From Candidatus Omnitrophota bacterium (lineage in GTDB: Bacteria; Omnitrophota; Gorgyraeia; Gygaellales; Profunditerraquicolaceae), in NCBI GenBank assembly GCA_026387265.1, contig JAPLLZ010000028.1, positions 5,009 to 44,337 of the forward strand: 39,329 nt of DNA. The letters are read 5' to 3'. The position numbers and the translations under genes are program-made. Under the pieces are notes generated by a model, which had not been told where the DNA came from, did no database searches, and saw only the letters and a list, made by a program, of their open reading frames with translations. Below, one piece after another: positions 9,723 through 20,560 of the stretch. How positions within the stretch are numbered: the stretch's first letter is position 1; every line of letters starts with the position of its first letter.

Positions 9723-10284
9723 TTAATCTAATAAAATTATCCAGTATTGCTTTACCGCTCTTGGTCAAAATAGATTCCGGATGGAACTGCACCCCCCAAA
9801 GAGGGTATTTTTTGTGTTTTAGCCCCATAATTTCAGACTCGGATGTCCAAGCAGTAATCTCCAGGCAATCCGGTAAGCTCTTTTTTTCCACCAATAAAGA
9901 ATGGTAGCGTGTAGCCAAGAATGGGTTAGAAATATTTTTAAAAATATCTTTTTTATTATGATAAATTTTAGAAGTTTTGCCGTGCATTAGCCTCTTGGCT
10001 TGCACGATTTTTCCGCCAAAACAATAACCAATCGCCTGATGCCCCAGGCAAACCCCCAAGATCGGAACCTTTCCGCAGAACTCTTTAATTACTGAGCAAG
10101 AAATTCCGGCATCTTCCGGTCTTCCGGGCCCCGGAGAAATAACTATTCTTTGCGGATTAAACTTCTTAATCCCCTCTAGAGTAATCGCATCATTACGGTA
10201 AACCTTAACCACCTGGCCTAATTCTCCTAAATATTGCACTAGATTATACGTAAATGAATCATAGTTATCAATCATTAAAATCAT
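9715..10284 (-). CDS. trpG: Anthranilate/aminodeoxychorismate synthase glutamine amidotransferase subunit
   Basis: [34 protein letters not shown]; start MILMID at 10284 overlaps the murA stop (ATGA). Confidence 0.94.
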   Translation of the reverse strand: MILMIDNYDSFTYNLVQYLGELGQVVKVYRNDAITLEGIKKFNPQRIVISPGPGRPEDAGISCSVIKEFCGKVPILGVCLGHQAIGYCFGGKIVQAKRLMHGKTSKIYHNKKDIFKNISNPFLATRYHSLLVEKKSLPDCLEITAWTSESEIMGLKHKKYPLWGVQFHPESILTKSGKAILDNFIRLND

Positions 10285-11501
10285 TCTTTTTCTCTCCAAA
10301 CTTTAGCGCCCAAATTAATCAGTTTTTGTTCAATGAATTCATACCCGCGCTCTAAATGATAAATCCTAGAAATTGATGTCTTGCCGCAAGCCGCTAAACC
10401 AGCAAGCACTAAACCGGCAGAAGCACGCAAATCAGACGCCATTACCGGAGCACCGGATTGGATATGCGCACCCATACGATTAAGTTCAGCTACATGCATA
10501 AACCTGTCCGGATAAATCTTTTCGGTAATTACGCTAATCCCGCCGGTAACCGACATCAGGCTCATCATCTGCGCCTGCATATCTGTAGGAAATCCCGGAT
10601 ATGGCAGAGTAGTTATATTTACCGACCTTAATTTTCTATTCCCTTTAACCCGTAAAGCTCCATCAGTCCGTTCAATATGCGCGCCCGCCTCACTTAGTTT
10701 ATCAATCAAAGCCCCCAAATGCTGATATTGCACATTTCTAACTAAAACATCTCCTCCGGTAATCAGTGCGGCTAAAATTAATGTTCCTGCCTCGATACGA
10801 TCAGGAATTATTGAATGCGTGGCACCATGCAAATGTTTTACTCCTTCAATTTCAATTACCGGTGTACCATGCCCCTTAATTTTTGCGCCCATTTTAATCA
10901 AAAATTCCGCCAAGTCGGCTACTTCCGGCTCACAAGCTGCCGATTCAATCACTGTTTTACCGGATGCTAATACCGCCGCCATCATTACGTTATCCGTAGC
11001 TAGAACTGATGAACCATAAACTCCGCCTAGGTAAATGTAGGTCCCGCGTAACTTACTTGTCTTGGCAATCACATAACCTGAATCAATACTGATATCAGCG
11101 CCTAAAGCCCGGATGCCTTTAAGGTGTAAATCAACCGGCCGTACGCCAATAACACAGCCACCGGGAAGTGAAACTTTAGCTTTTTTTAATTTGCCTAAAA
11201 GCGGCCCCAAAACACAAAATGAAGCACGCATGGTTGAAACTAATTTATATTCAGCAATATAATTTGAAGTTTTACCGGCAGTAATACTAACCCTACCCTT
11301 ATCAAACTCCGCAATTTTCCCTAACGCACGCAAAATCTTAAGCATACTGTTGGTGTCGCGTAAATTCGGCACGCCCTTAATTACACAAGGTTCATCCGTA
11401 AGCAAAGTTGCAGCCAATATTGGTAACACGGCGTTTTTGGCTCCGGAAACGGTAACCTCTCCTTTTAATTTTACTCCGCCCTCAATAATTAATTTATCCA
11501 T
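10281..11501 (-). CDS. murA: UDP-N-acetylglucosamine 1-carboxyvinyltransferase, with ~14-aa in-frame deletion
   Basis: [46 protein letters not shown]; 406 aa versus ~420 typical. Confidence 0.95.
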   Translation of the reverse strand: MDKLIIEGGVKLKGEVTVSGAKNAVLPILAATLLTDEPCVIKGVPNLRDTNSMLKILRALGKIAEFDKGRVSITAGKTSNYIAEYKLVSTMRASFCVLGPLLGKLKKAKVSLPGGCVIGVRPVDLHLKGIRALGADISIDSGYVIAKTSKLRGTYIYLGGVYGSSVLATDNVMMAAVLASGKTVIESAACEPEVADLAEFLIKMGAKIKGHGTPVIEIEGVKHLHGATHSIIPDRIEAGTLILAALITGGDVLVRNVQYQHLGALIDKLSEAGAHIERTDGALRVKGNRKLRSVNITTLPYPGFPTDMQAQMMSLMSVTGGISVITEKIYPDRFMHVAELNRMGAHIQSGAPVMASDLRASAGLVLAGLAACGKTSISRIYHLERGYEFIEQKLINLGAKVWREKE

Positions 11502-11515
11502 ATATTTAGACTCCC

Positions 11516-11653
11516 AATCCTAAAACTCGAAATTCTAAACCCTAAATCCTAAACAAATCTTAAATCCGAAACCCTAAAGGTAATGTTTAGTTTCGAGTTT
11601 AAGGTTTCGAGTTTGTTTAGAGTTTAGAATTTCGTGTTTCGGGTTTAAGGTTT
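11516..11653. repeat. Inverted degenerate heptamer array (AAAYYCT-type), overlaps prmC 3' end
   Basis: aaactcg aaattct aaaccct aaatcct AAAC aaatctt aaatccg aaaccct ... tttcgag tttaagg tttcgag TTTG tttagag tttagaa tttcgtg tttcggg. Confidence 0.88.
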
Positions 11654-12432
11654 TTAGCTGCCATCACTCTCTCTTTATTATTATAATCCTTAATTACTTC
11701 TATTATCTCAAAATTTTTCGATTTCCTTAGTATATTTTCTATTGCACTACGCTGACCCAAACCCATCTCTAGGATTAAAAAACCATCTTCTTTCAAATAG
11801 CCCGCTGCCTGGCTAACTATGCGCCGGTAAAAATTTAAACCATCAATACCCGCCTCTAAAGCTAGGGCTGGCTCGAAAAATATTTCCCTGGCTAAACTGC
11901 TAAACTCTCCTGAAGCTACATATGGTGGATTACTGATGATTAAATCAAACTTTACCTTTTTGTTTTCTAATGATTTAAAAATATCCGAAAGTAAAAATTT
12001 AATTTTCACTTTATGTAAATCTGCGTTTTCTTTAGCCAGTTGTAAAGCTTGAGAAGATATATCCGTAGCCCAAACAAGCGCCCGCGGAAGCAATTTAGCG
12101 ATAGAAACAGCAATGCAGCCGCTGCCTGTACACAAATCAAGAATTTTTAACCCGGTAGTTTTGCTATTTAATTTTAATCTCTCCAGTGCACAATTAACCA
12201 ATATCTCTGTTTCCGGTCGGGGAATTAAAGCGCGCTGGTCAATTTTAAACTCAAACCCCATAAACTCAGTTAATCCTAAAATGTATTGCAAAGGTTCACC
12301 GTTGATCCTGCGCCTTAGTATCTGAGAAACCTGAACAGATTTTTCTTTATCTAAACAGACCTCTTTATTTAAATATAAAGATAAGCGGTCACAATTTAAA
12401 ACATGCGTTAAAACTAATTCAGCTTCGTTCAT
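11617..12432 (-). CDS. prmC: Release factor glutamine methyltransferase
   Basis: [31 protein letters not shown]; follows prfA. Confidence 0.96.
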   Translation of the reverse strand: MNEAELVLTHVLNCDRLSLYLNKEVCLDKEKSVQVSQILRRRINGEPLQYILGLTEFMGFEFKIDQRALIPRPETEILVNCALERLKLNSKTTGLKILDLCTGSGCIAVSIAKLLPRALVWATDISSQALQLAKENADLHKVKIKFLLSDIFKSLENKKVKFDLIISNPPYVASGEFSSLAREIFFEPALALEAGIDGLNFYRRIVSQAAGYLKEDGFLILEMGLGQRSAIENILRKSKNFEIIEVIKDYNNKERVMAAKNLKPETRNSKL

Positions 12433-13483
12433 TTTTCTTCTCTTGCTCTGCTTTTAATAAAACCTCGAACAACTCATCCATCTGCCCCTCAAGAATTCCT
12501 TCTAGCTGATGTGAAGTAAAATTAATCCGGTGGTCCGTAACCCGGCGATCCGGAAAATTATAAGTGCGGATCTTTTCGCTGCGGTCTCCTGTGCCAATCT
12601 GAGTTTTCCTGGCACTAGACAATCTTTTTGCTTCGGTTTCGACTTTTACCTCTAATATCCGGGCACGCAAAACCCGCATTGCCTTTGCCTTATTCTTAAT
12701 CTGCGAACGCTCATCCTGACAGGCAACAACAGTACCGGTAGGAATATGCGTAATCCTTACGGCTGAATCAGTCTTCTGCATATGCTGCCCGCCTGGGCCG
12801 CTTGAGCGGTATGTATCAATTCTTAAATCTTTGGGCTCAATTACTAAATCAATCTCTTCCGGTTCCATTAATACCGCCACCGTGGCCGTGGAAGTATGAA
12901 TACGGCCTTGCGACTCTGTTGTCGGAACCCGCTGCACACGATGTACTCCGCTTTCAAATTTTAGACAGCGGAAAGAATCTTTACCTTTTACACTAAAGAC
13001 TATTTCTTTAATCCCTCCAGCTTCATTAATACTGGAATACATCGGTTCAATTACCCAGCCTTTATTATCGGCGTATTTTGAATACATCCGATAAAGCACC
13101 GCCGCAAAAAGCCCGGCTTCATCACCACCGGTACCTTGGCGAATCTCCATGATACAATCTCGCCCGGCATCTTTATCTTCTCCGGCTAAAATCTTATCCA
13201 GCTTTTGCTCAAGATCAACCTTTTTCTGCTCCAGATCTTTTTCTTCGGCCTGCGCTAATTCCATAAAATCCTGGGCGTGTTTACCCAGCATTACTGTTTC
13301 CAGATCAGAAATTTCCTTAAGCAAATTTTTATATTCCCGATATAAAGAAACTGTCGATTTCAAATCCGAAAGCTCCTTAGCCAACTTATTATAAGTCTGG
13401 CGGTCAGTAATTTGCTCATGGTTTCCCAAAAGCTGTTCCAGCTCCTGATAGCGGGCAACTGTCTTTTCTAATTGTTGGTACAT
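12419..13483 (-). CDS. prfA: Peptide chain release factor 1
   Basis: [19 protein letters not shown] (PxT), [15 protein letters not shown]. Confidence 0.97.
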   Translation of the reverse strand: MYQQLEKTVARYQELEQLLGNHEQITDRQTYNKLAKELSDLKSTVSLYREYKNLLKEISDLETVMLGKHAQDFMELAQAEEKDLEQKKVDLEQKLDKILAGEDKDAGRDCIMEIRQGTGGDEAGLFAAVLYRMYSKYADNKGWVIEPMYSSINEAGGIKEIVFSVKGKDSFRCLKFESGVHRVQRVPTTESQGRIHTSTATVAVLMEPEEIDLVIEPKDLRIDTYRSSGPGGQHMQKTDSAVRITHIPTGTVVACQDERSQIKNKAKAMRVLRARILEVKVETEAKRLSSARKTQIGTGDRSEKIRTYNFPDRRVTDHRINFTSHQLEGILEGQMDELFEVLLKAEQEKKNERS

Positions 13484-13515
13484 AGCTTAGATACCTTGGC
13501 TTAAGAATTAACAAG

Positions 13516-13600
13516 ATCCTCGCTCGCTCTGCTCGCGAGGATAAATTCGCACATAAACTTACGTCGCGCTTTGCGCTCCGTAAGTTTAGTGCTCATTTAT
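13516..13600 (-). repeat. Two adjacent tandem-GA hairpins, the second overlapping rpmE stop
   Basis: atcctcgc-TC-gc-tct-gc-TC-gcgaggat (13516-13542); ataaat-TC-gcac(a)taaacttacg-TC-gcgc-ttt-gcgc-TC-cgtaagttta-gtgc-TC-atttat (13541-13600). Confidence 0.85.
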
Positions 13601-13796
13601 TTTTCGCATACTTCTTCACAAACTTATCCACGCGGCCGGCAGAATCTACCAGCTTTTGTTTTCCGGTAAAAAATGGATGACACTTTGAACAAATCTCCAC
13701 CCGGATACTGGGCTTAGTGGAACGGGTATGTACCGTCTCCCCGCAAGCACAGACAATGGTACTCTCTTTATAATTAGGATGAATTTTTTCTTTCAC
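13593..13796 (-). CDS. rpmE: 50S ribosomal protein L31 (zinc-binding C+ type)
   Basis: [32 protein letters not shown]; GTG start, AAGGAG SD. Confidence 0.97.
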   Translation of the reverse strand: MKEKIHPNYKESTIVCACGETVHTRSTKPSIRVEICSKCHPFFTGKQKLVDSAGRVDKFVKKYAKNK

Positions 13797-13860
13797 TTTA
13801 CTGCTCCTTTCGTTAATAACTGGCTAATCAATAATTTTTACTTGCTTTATATGCTTTTTT

Positions 13861-13888
13861 GTAGAGACGCAAAATTTTGCGTCTCTAC
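13861..13888. repeat. Perfect 28-bp GTAG-type REP-like palindrome
   Basis: gtagagacgcaaaa|ttttgcgtctctac; half copy at 28781. Confidence 0.82.
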
Positions 13889-13925
13889 CTTATACCACCA
13901 ATGACACGGGAAAATTCCGAATCAC

Positions 13926-15185
13926 TTACTTTTGATTCATACTATTTAAGAACTCTTCGTTATTCTTGGTCTTACCCAATTTTTCAATCAACAACTCCAT
14001 TGCTTCCACATTATTCAGCTCATTGAGAACCTTCCTCAATATCCAGGTCTTGCTCAACACATCCGGCTTAACCAATAACTCTTCATGGCGGGTATTGGAA
14101 CGTTTAATGTCAATTGCCGGATATATCCTACGCTGGAAGAGATTACGATCCAACTGAGTTTCCATATTGCCTGTTCCCTTAAATTCTTCGAAAATAACCT
14201 CATCCATCCGGCTGCCTGTATCCACCAAAGCCGTAGCAATAATGGTTAAACTTCCGCCTTCATCTACAGCACGCGCCGCGCCAAAGAATCGTTTAGGTTT
14301 TTGTAAAGCATTAGAATCAATACCTCCGGAAAGAACCTTGCCGCTATGCGGAACTACGGCATTATAAGCCCGGGCCAGACGGGTAATACTATCCAAAAGA
14401 ACCACTACATCGCGCTTATGCTCCACCAGGCGTTTAGCTTTCTCTAAAACTATCTCAGCAACCTGTACGTGGCGTTCCGGCGGCTCATCAAAAGTTGACG
14501 AAATTACCTCGCCTTTAACATTTCGCTGCATATCCGTCACTTCCTCCGGCCGCTCATCAATCAAAAGAACAATCAAAATCACGTCCGGGTTATTACTGGT
14601 AATGGCGTTCGCGATTTTCTGCAACAAAACAGTTTTACCGCTATAAGGCTGAGCAACAATTAAACCACGCTGCCCCTTACCGATCGGAGTAAGTAACCCC
14701 ATAATCCGCATGGATAGCTCATCAGGCTTAGTTTCCATATTAAACGGCTCACGCGGATAAACCGGAGTAAGGTTGTCAAAAAGAACTTTTTCCTTTACTT
14801 CCTCGGGATTTTCAAAATTTACCGCTTCCACCTTAAGCAGAGCGAAATATTTTTCCCCTTCTTTAGGCGGACGAATCTGGCCGCTTACCGTGTCTCCTGT
14901 GCGTAATTCAAACTTGCGAATCTGTGACGGAGAAATATAAATATCATCCGGACAGGGTAAATAATTATAATTCGGGCTGCGTAAAAAACCAAATCCTTCC
15001 GAAAGAATCTCTAATACCCCCTCGCCAAACATTAACCCTTCCTTCTCTGCCTGGGCCTGAAGTATTTTAAAAATCAGATCCTGTTTTTTTAACCCGCTTG
15101 TACCACTGGCATTTAATTCTTTAGCCAGCTTATTTAATTCACTAATCTTCATGTTTTTTAGATTTTTAATATCTAACTTTTCCAC
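13926..15185 (-). CDS. rho: Transcription termination factor Rho
   Basis: [52 protein letters not shown]. Confidence 0.98.
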   Translation of the reverse strand: MEKLDIKNLKNMKISELNKLAKELNASGTSGLKKQDLIFKILQAQAEKEGLMFGEGVLEILSEGFGFLRSPNYNYLPCPDDIYISPSQIRKFELRTGDTVSGQIRPPKEGEKYFALLKVEAVNFENPEEVKEKVLFDNLTPVYPREPFNMETKPDELSMRIMGLLTPIGKGQRGLIVAQPYSGKTVLLQKIANAITSNNPDVILIVLLIDERPEEVTDMQRNVKGEVISSTFDEPPERHVQVAEIVLEKAKRLVEHKRDVVVLLDSITRLARAYNAVVPHSGKVLSGGIDSNALQKPKRFFGAARAVDEGGSLTIIATALVDTGSRMDEVIFEEFKGTGNMETQLDRNLFQRRIYPAIDIKRSNTRHEELLVKPDVLSKTWILRKVLNELNNVEAMELLIEKLGKTKNNEEFLNSMNQK

Positions 15186-15781
15186 AACAACCTCCGTATT
15201 TTAACAACTTGTTTCCTGGTTTTACTTAACTGAACACTATTATCTATTATAAAATCCGCAAAACGCGACTTTGCTTTTTGCGAAATCTGGGATTTCATTC
15301 TTAACAACACCTGTTCCTTAGTTAATCCTAAGCTTTTCTGACTGCGCGTAATCTGCTGATGCTTTTTTGCAGTGACTACTACTAGTTTATCCACCATCCT
15401 GGTTAATCCAGCTTCCACAATTAAAGCTGCATCTAGAATTATGATCTTTTTATCAGAGTTACGAATACATATTTTAATCTTACGGATCAATTCCGGAAGA
15501 ATAATGCTGTTAAATTTAGCTAAAACCGGCTTATTGGAAAAAACTTTTTGCGATAACTTTGCGCGATCAATAGAATTATCCGGTTTAAGAATTTTGCGGC
15601 CAAACAATTTCAATATTTTCCTATAAACCGCTGTATCACTAGATAAAATCTTATGCCCCAGATAATCCGCATTAATTAAAAAACAATTTCTGGTCTTAAG
15701 CATCCTGGCTACTGTGCTTTTACCACAGGCAATATTACCAGTCACTCCGATAATAAATTTATTTTTTCTTGGTTTTGGCAT
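15173..15781 (-). CDS. coaE: Dephospho-CoA kinase
   Basis: [28 protein letters not shown]; likely start MPKPRK at 15781. Confidence 0.92.
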   Translation of the reverse strand: MPKPRKNKFIIGVTGNIACGKSTVARMLKTRNCFLINADYLGHKILSSDTAVYRKILKLFGRKILKPDNSIDRAKLSQKVFSNKPVLAKFNSIILPELIRKIKICIRNSDKKIIILDAALIVEAGLTRMVDKLVVVTAKKHQQITRSQKSLGLTKEQVLLRMKSQISQKAKSRFADFIIDNSVQLSKTRKQVVKIRRLLWKS

Positions 15782-17147
15782 ATAGCTGGACATACTTATC
15801 CGCTGAAATCTTCCAGGAAAAATTGCATTCCATAGCATTGCTCGCTAAAGAAGCCCATTTCTTCTTATTCTTAAATACGGATACCGCTTTACGAATTAAT
15901 TTTACCAATTCTTCTTTAGTGTATTGGCTAAAAACAAAACCATTGTTCCGGTTAATTGTATCCGCCAAGCCGCCAGTTTTAAAAACCAAAGGAATTGTTC
16001 CGTAATGCAAACTGATCAACTGCCCCAAACCACAGGGTTCATATTTCGAAGGCATCAGAAATATATCGCTGCCGGCATAAATTTTATGCGCCAGCGGGTC
16101 ATCAAATTTTAAATTCAAAGAAATAATTCTTGGATATCTTTTTGCTGCGGAGAGCAAGATCTCTTGATACTTTAAGTCTCCGGCTCCCAAAATAACTAAT
16201 TGCACATTCATTTTACAAATTTCATCCAGCCCGTCTGAAAGAATATCCAGCCCTTTTTGTTCCGCTAAGCGCGAAACAATACCTAAAACCGGTATATTTC
16301 TATCTAGAGGCAACCTGGAAATCTTTTGTAAATCTTCTTTATTTAAAACCTTATTTTCAGGGTTAACCGGGGAAAAATTCTGCATAATAAACCTATCCGT
16401 ATTCGGATCCCAGACAGAATAGTCCACTCCATTGAGAATTCCGCTTAAAACATTCCTACGCTCCCTTAATAACCCATCCAAACCAAACCCCAATTCTTTA
16501 GTTTGGATCTCGCTGGCATAAGTAGAACTGACTGTATTGATTGCGTCTGCAAAAACAATCCCTCCTTTTAGCAAATTCACTTTGTCATAAAATTCAAAAC
16601 CATCAATATCAAAAAGCTTACCGTCCAGTCCCAATTTAGAGAATTCTTCTTTAGGAAAAATCCCTTGATAACCAATATTGTGGAGGGTTAAAACACATTT
16701 CATTCTTTTATAAAAGATTTCATTGGAATATAAGCTCTTCAAATACGCCGCAATTAAACTAGCCTGCCAATCATGCAAATGTAGGATATCTGCAGAGAAA
16801 TTTATCTCTTTTAACAAATCCAGCGACCTACGGCAAAAGTAAGAAAACCGTTCTAAATTATCCGGGTAATCGCCATGCTTATCTCCGTAGAGCCCATCAC
16901 GTCCGAAATACTCTTTATTTTCTATAAAAAAGACTTTTATATTTTTACCGATAACCGCAGACGACACATCTTTGGAAATCTTGGTAATTTTCAGCTTAGC
17001 CTCTGTAATACATTTATAACCAGGCATAATTACAATTATTTCATGCCCACAATACTCTAAAGCTAAAGGTAAAGCCCCTGCCACATCCGCTAAACCTCCA
17101 GTTTTAGCAAAGGGCACAACCTCTGAAGCCACCATCGCTATCTTCAC
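15759..17147 (-). CDS. glgA: Glycogen synthase
   Basis: KTGGLADV, HLHDWQ, TLHNIGYQG, PSKYEPCGL, TGGLADT. Confidence 0.96.
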   Translation of the reverse strand: MKIAMVASEVVPFAKTGGLADVAGALPLALEYCGHEIIVIMPGYKCITEAKLKITKISKDVSSAVIGKNIKVFFIENKEYFGRDGLYGDKHGDYPDNLERFSYFCRRSLDLLKEINFSADILHLHDWQASLIAAYLKSLYSNEIFYKRMKCVLTLHNIGYQGIFPKEEFSKLGLDGKLFDIDGFEFYDKVNLLKGGIVFADAINTVSSTYASEIQTKELGFGLDGLLRERRNVLSGILNGVDYSVWDPNTDRFIMQNFSPVNPENKVLNKEDLQKISRLPLDRNIPVLGIVSRLAEQKGLDILSDGLDEICKMNVQLVILGAGDLKYQEILLSAAKRYPRIISLNLKFDDPLAHKIYAGSDIFLMPSKYEPCGLGQLISLHYGTIPLVFKTGGLADTINRNNGFVFSQYTKEELVKLIRKAVSVFKNKKKWASLASNAMECNFSWKISADKYVQLYAKTKKK

Positions 17148-19702
17148 CGGTTTACCTCCGCATTTTTATGAAATTTAGACATCTCTAACCAATTAGCCCC
17201 TTTTTTCATATCCACTTTTATCGGCACATTTAACTTCATCACATTTTCCATTTCGTCTTTAACTAATCCTGCAAGCATATTTAATTCGAAAATGGGCAAA
17301 TCAAAAACCAGTTCATCATGAATCTGCAAAATCATTTTAGCTTTTAAATTCTTGCTTTGGATTTGGGCGCTAATTTTAATCATCGCCAACTTGATCAAAT
17401 CACTGGCGGTGCCCTGAATAGGAGTATTTACCGCCTGGCGCTGTGCAAACTGCCTAATCCCCATATTTTTATTGTTAATCTCAGGAATGTATCTTCTCCT
17501 GCCCAAAAGCGTGGTAACAAATCCCTCATTTTGTGCTTTTTTTATTTGAGCCTCAATATATTCTTTAACTTTAGGATAACGCAAAAAATAAGCATCAATA
17601 AACTCCTGAGCCTGATTTACCGGAATCTCCAAATCTTTACTTAAACCAAATGCGCTTTGGCCATAAACAATACCGAAATTTACCCTTTTAGCTACCTCGC
17701 GCATCTGCTCCTGAACTTCCGATTCAGAAAGATTATAAATTAAAGAAGCGGTCAAGCGATGCACATCCTGATTACCATTAAAAGCTTTTATCAGAGTATC
17801 ATCGCCGCATAAATGCGCCAACACCCTTAATTCTATCTGAGAATAATCACAAGAAAGAAGGCAATGTTCTACATCGCAAGCAACAATTGCCTGCCGGATC
17901 TTTGCTCCTATGTCGGTTTTCACCGGAATATTCTGCAAATTAGGGTTGCTGGAACTTAACCTGCCAGTTTCGGTACCGGTTTGATTAAAAGAAGTATGCA
18001 CCCTCCCGGTAACAGAATCTACCAATTTAGGTAAAGCATCAACATAAGTATTCTTTAATTTCGTCAACTGCCGGTATTCTAACAATAGTGCAGGCAAAGT
18101 ATGCTTTTGGCTTAAACGTTTTAAAACTTCTTCATCAGTAGACGGCCCGGTTTTAGTCTTCTTAATTATGGGAAGCCCTAATTTTTCAAATAAAACCTGC
18201 CCCAATTGTTTTGGTGAATTAATATTAAACTGCGTTCCGCTTGCTTCGTAAATATCTGAGATTAACTTAATTAATCTATGCTCAATTTCATGTGAAAGAT
18301 TCTTTAATAATTCTAAATCCAGCTTTATCCCGTCCTGCTCCATTACCGCTAAAATGCTCACCAATGGCATTTCAAGCTCATAAAAAAGCTTGGATAAATC
18401 TTTCTCTTCCAGGGACTGTTTAAGCACTGGTTTTAATCTAGTAACCAAAGCCAGCGCTTCTTGTTCACCCAATGTTTGCGGACGGATAAACTCCCCTAGA
18501 TTTTCCAGAGCTAAATCCTCTAGTGCGTAACTTGCCCGCGATGGATTTAACAAATACGCCGCGATCATCGTATCAAAATCCAAACCGTTTAGAATCAAAC
18601 CTTCCTTAGCCAATGCAACTTTTAATTTTTTAAGATCATGGCCGGTCTTTTTTATCCGGGGATCAGCAATAACCAAACGCGCCTGCGCGCAAAGCTTAGC
18701 GCTAAAAAATTTATCTTCTATGGCGAAAAATAAATCATCAAAACAAGATCCGTAAACAGTAACTTCGTTACAATATTCAAGTATATCGGATAATTCCTCC
18801 TGATTGCAGCTAAATAAACTAGCGGGCGTAATCTTATCTACTGCATCCGGCAACTCTCCCAACAACTTCTTAAATTCTAATCTCTTAAAAATACTGGCTA
18901 ACTGGGCATAATCAGGTTGGCCGGTTTTAGCTTTCTTTAAATCCAAATCCAGTTCTAACTCCTGATCCAGGCTAATTAGTTCTTTGTTCAATTTAATACG
19001 CTGACTATGTTCAATAATCATCTCTCTTATCTTATCCGGCTTAACTTTAGCAACATTCTTTAATAATTTATCTACAGCACCAAATTCCACAATAAGCTTC
19101 TGAGCAGTTTTTTCGCCGATTCCCGGGACACCCGGAAGATTATCCGCAGAATCCCCCATTAAAGCAATAATATCTGCCACCTGCTCCGGAACAACTCCAA
19201 AACGCTCTTTTACTTTGGCCACATCATAAAGTATTCCGCTATCTTTAGAAGGACTCAATACCTGGATATGTTTATTTACTAATTGCAGGATATCTTTATC
19301 GCTGCTGACAATCGTTACCGGCATAGACTTTGATGCTGCACTTTTCGCCAGCTGAGCAATCAGATCGTCGGCTTCGAAACCTTCTTTTTCAAAAATCGGG
19401 ATTCCATATGCTGCGACAACTTCTTTAATTATCGGTATCTGGCTAATCAAGTCATCCGGCATTGCTGCTCTTTGCATTTTATATTCTGCAAATTTTTTCG
19501 AACGGAAAGTGATACGCGATAAATCAAAACAACAAACCAAATAATCGGGCTTATGTTCTTTTAGTATTTTGGTAAGAATATTTATAAATCCGTAAACCGC
19601 ATTTGTCGGCTGGCCGCCAGATGTACTCAAGCTACTTAAAGCATAAAATGCTCGATAGCAGAATGCAGTGGCATCAATCAAGAATAAACTTTTTTTGGCC
19701 AT
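17144..19702 (-). CDS. polA: DNA polymerase I
   Basis: 5'-3' exonuclease (EADD, GDSADNLPGVPGIG), TGRLSSSNPNLQNIP, DYSQIELR, QIHDELV. Confidence 0.98.
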   Translation of the reverse strand: MAKKSLFLIDATAFCYRAFYALSSLSTSGGQPTNAVYGFINILTKILKEHKPDYLVCCFDLSRITFRSKKFAEYKMQRAAMPDDLISQIPIIKEVVAAYGIPIFEKEGFEADDLIAQLAKSAASKSMPVTIVSSDKDILQLVNKHIQVLSPSKDSGILYDVAKVKERFGVVPEQVADIIALMGDSADNLPGVPGIGEKTAQKLIVEFGAVDKLLKNVAKVKPDKIREMIIEHSQRIKLNKELISLDQELELDLDLKKAKTGQPDYAQLASIFKRLEFKKLLGELPDAVDKITPASLFSCNQEELSDILEYCNEVTVYGSCFDDLFFAIEDKFFSAKLCAQARLVIADPRIKKTGHDLKKLKVALAKEGLILNGLDFDTMIAAYLLNPSRASYALEDLALENLGEFIRPQTLGEQEALALVTRLKPVLKQSLEEKDLSKLFYELEMPLVSILAVMEQDGIKLDLELLKNLSHEIEHRLIKLISDIYEASGTQFNINSPKQLGQVLFEKLGLPIIKKTKTGPSTDEEVLKRLSQKHTLPALLLEYRQLTKLKNTYVDALPKLVDSVTGRVHTSFNQTGTETGRLSSSNPNLQNIPVKTDIGAKIRQAIVACDVEHCLLSCDYSQIELRVLAHLCGDDTLIKAFNGNQDVHRLTASLIYNLSESEVQEQMREVAKRVNFGIVYGQSAFGLSKDLEIPVNQAQEFIDAYFLRYPKVKEYIEAQIKKAQNEGFVTTLLGRRRYIPEINNKNMGIRQFAQRQAVNTPIQGTASDLIKLAMIKISAQIQSKNLKAKMILQIHDELVFDLPIFELNMLAGLVKDEMENVMKLNVPIKVDMKKGANWLEMSKFHKNAEVNR

Positions 19703-19753
19703 TAATTAATCAAGGAATTCAATGTATAAGGAAAGATGTTTTGCGGTACGTTT

Positions 19754-20512
19754 CTATCGCGTCAGAGCCCTTAGCTCTGCTTTTTCAATAAACGCTTCAA
19801 TCTCCGGGTTATCCTGATCTAAATATTGGGCATCTAATGCCTCTTTGATTGCCGTAGCCATATCCCCTCTATTAAAACTCAATTTGGCTTTTTTGAAATG
19901 CGATTGGGCAAGAGTCGTACTGTTTTTGTTAACCTCGCCTTTATCCTGCGCGACATCTTGCATCAAATCCAGAATCTCTTGCTCCCGTTCATCAGAAAAC
20001 GGGCGCCCGGATAAAGAACTACGGATATCACGCAGCCGGCTTGCTGCTTTTTGAGTCCAGGGATCATCCTCCTGGCCCACCTCTACGCGTTTATTCCAAT
20101 AAAATGCTGCCTTTTCTAAGTCACGCTTGCCTTCATAAAGAAGCGCCAAATTTGTATAAGCGCTAGCATAAAGAGGATCAATTTTGACTGACTTTAAATA
20201 ACTTTCTTCTGCCTGATCAAGACGACCCAATGCTTCAAAAACTACCCCTAAATCATTGTAGGCAACGGCAAAATCAGGATATATAGCAACGGCCTTCTGA
20301 TATAAACCTAATGCTTCAGCAGCATTACCAATTCGCTGGCATTCTAAACCTGCCTCCCGGTATTTCTTGGCCTGTTCCTGTTTTACAGATGTAAGTTTTT
20401 CGAATGAAGGTGACTCCTTTGTCTCTTGAGCAAAAACACACTCAACACAACAAAAAACAGATAATATTGCGATTGCTGTACTTAAGAATATAGGCGGGAG
20501 TCGGTTATTCAT
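19754..20512 (-). CDS. Exported tetratricopeptide-repeat protein
   Basis: Signal-peptide-like N-terminus (..VFAQ); TPR motifs AYNDLGVVF, AYTNLALLY. Confidence 0.85.
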   Translation of the reverse strand: MNNRLPPIFLSTAIAILSVFCCVECVFAQETKESPSFEKLTSVKQEQAKKYREAGLECQRIGNAAEALGLYQKAVAIYPDFAVAYNDLGVVFEALGRLDQAEESYLKSVKIDPLYASAYTNLALLYEGKRDLEKAAFYWNKRVEVGQEDDPWTQKAASRLRDIRSSLSGRPFSDEREQEILDLMQDVAQDKGEVNKNSTTLAQSHFKKAKLSFNRGDMATAIKEALDAQYLDQDNPEIEAFIEKAELRALTR

Positions 20513-20525
20513 TTATCTGTTCATT

Positions 20526-20553
20526 ATTATATACATTAAACTGTCCACGTCAA
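20526..20553 (-). promoter_or_regulatory. Probable sigma70 promoter for TPR-polA
   Basis: TTGACG (20553-20548), 16-nt spacer, TATAAT (20531-20526). Confidence 0.55.
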
Positions 20554-20560
20554 GAAAAAT

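Noticed and set aside
11516-11653. Heptamer arrays as CRISPR
   Set aside because: No constant 23-47 bp repeats with unique spacers and no cas genes.
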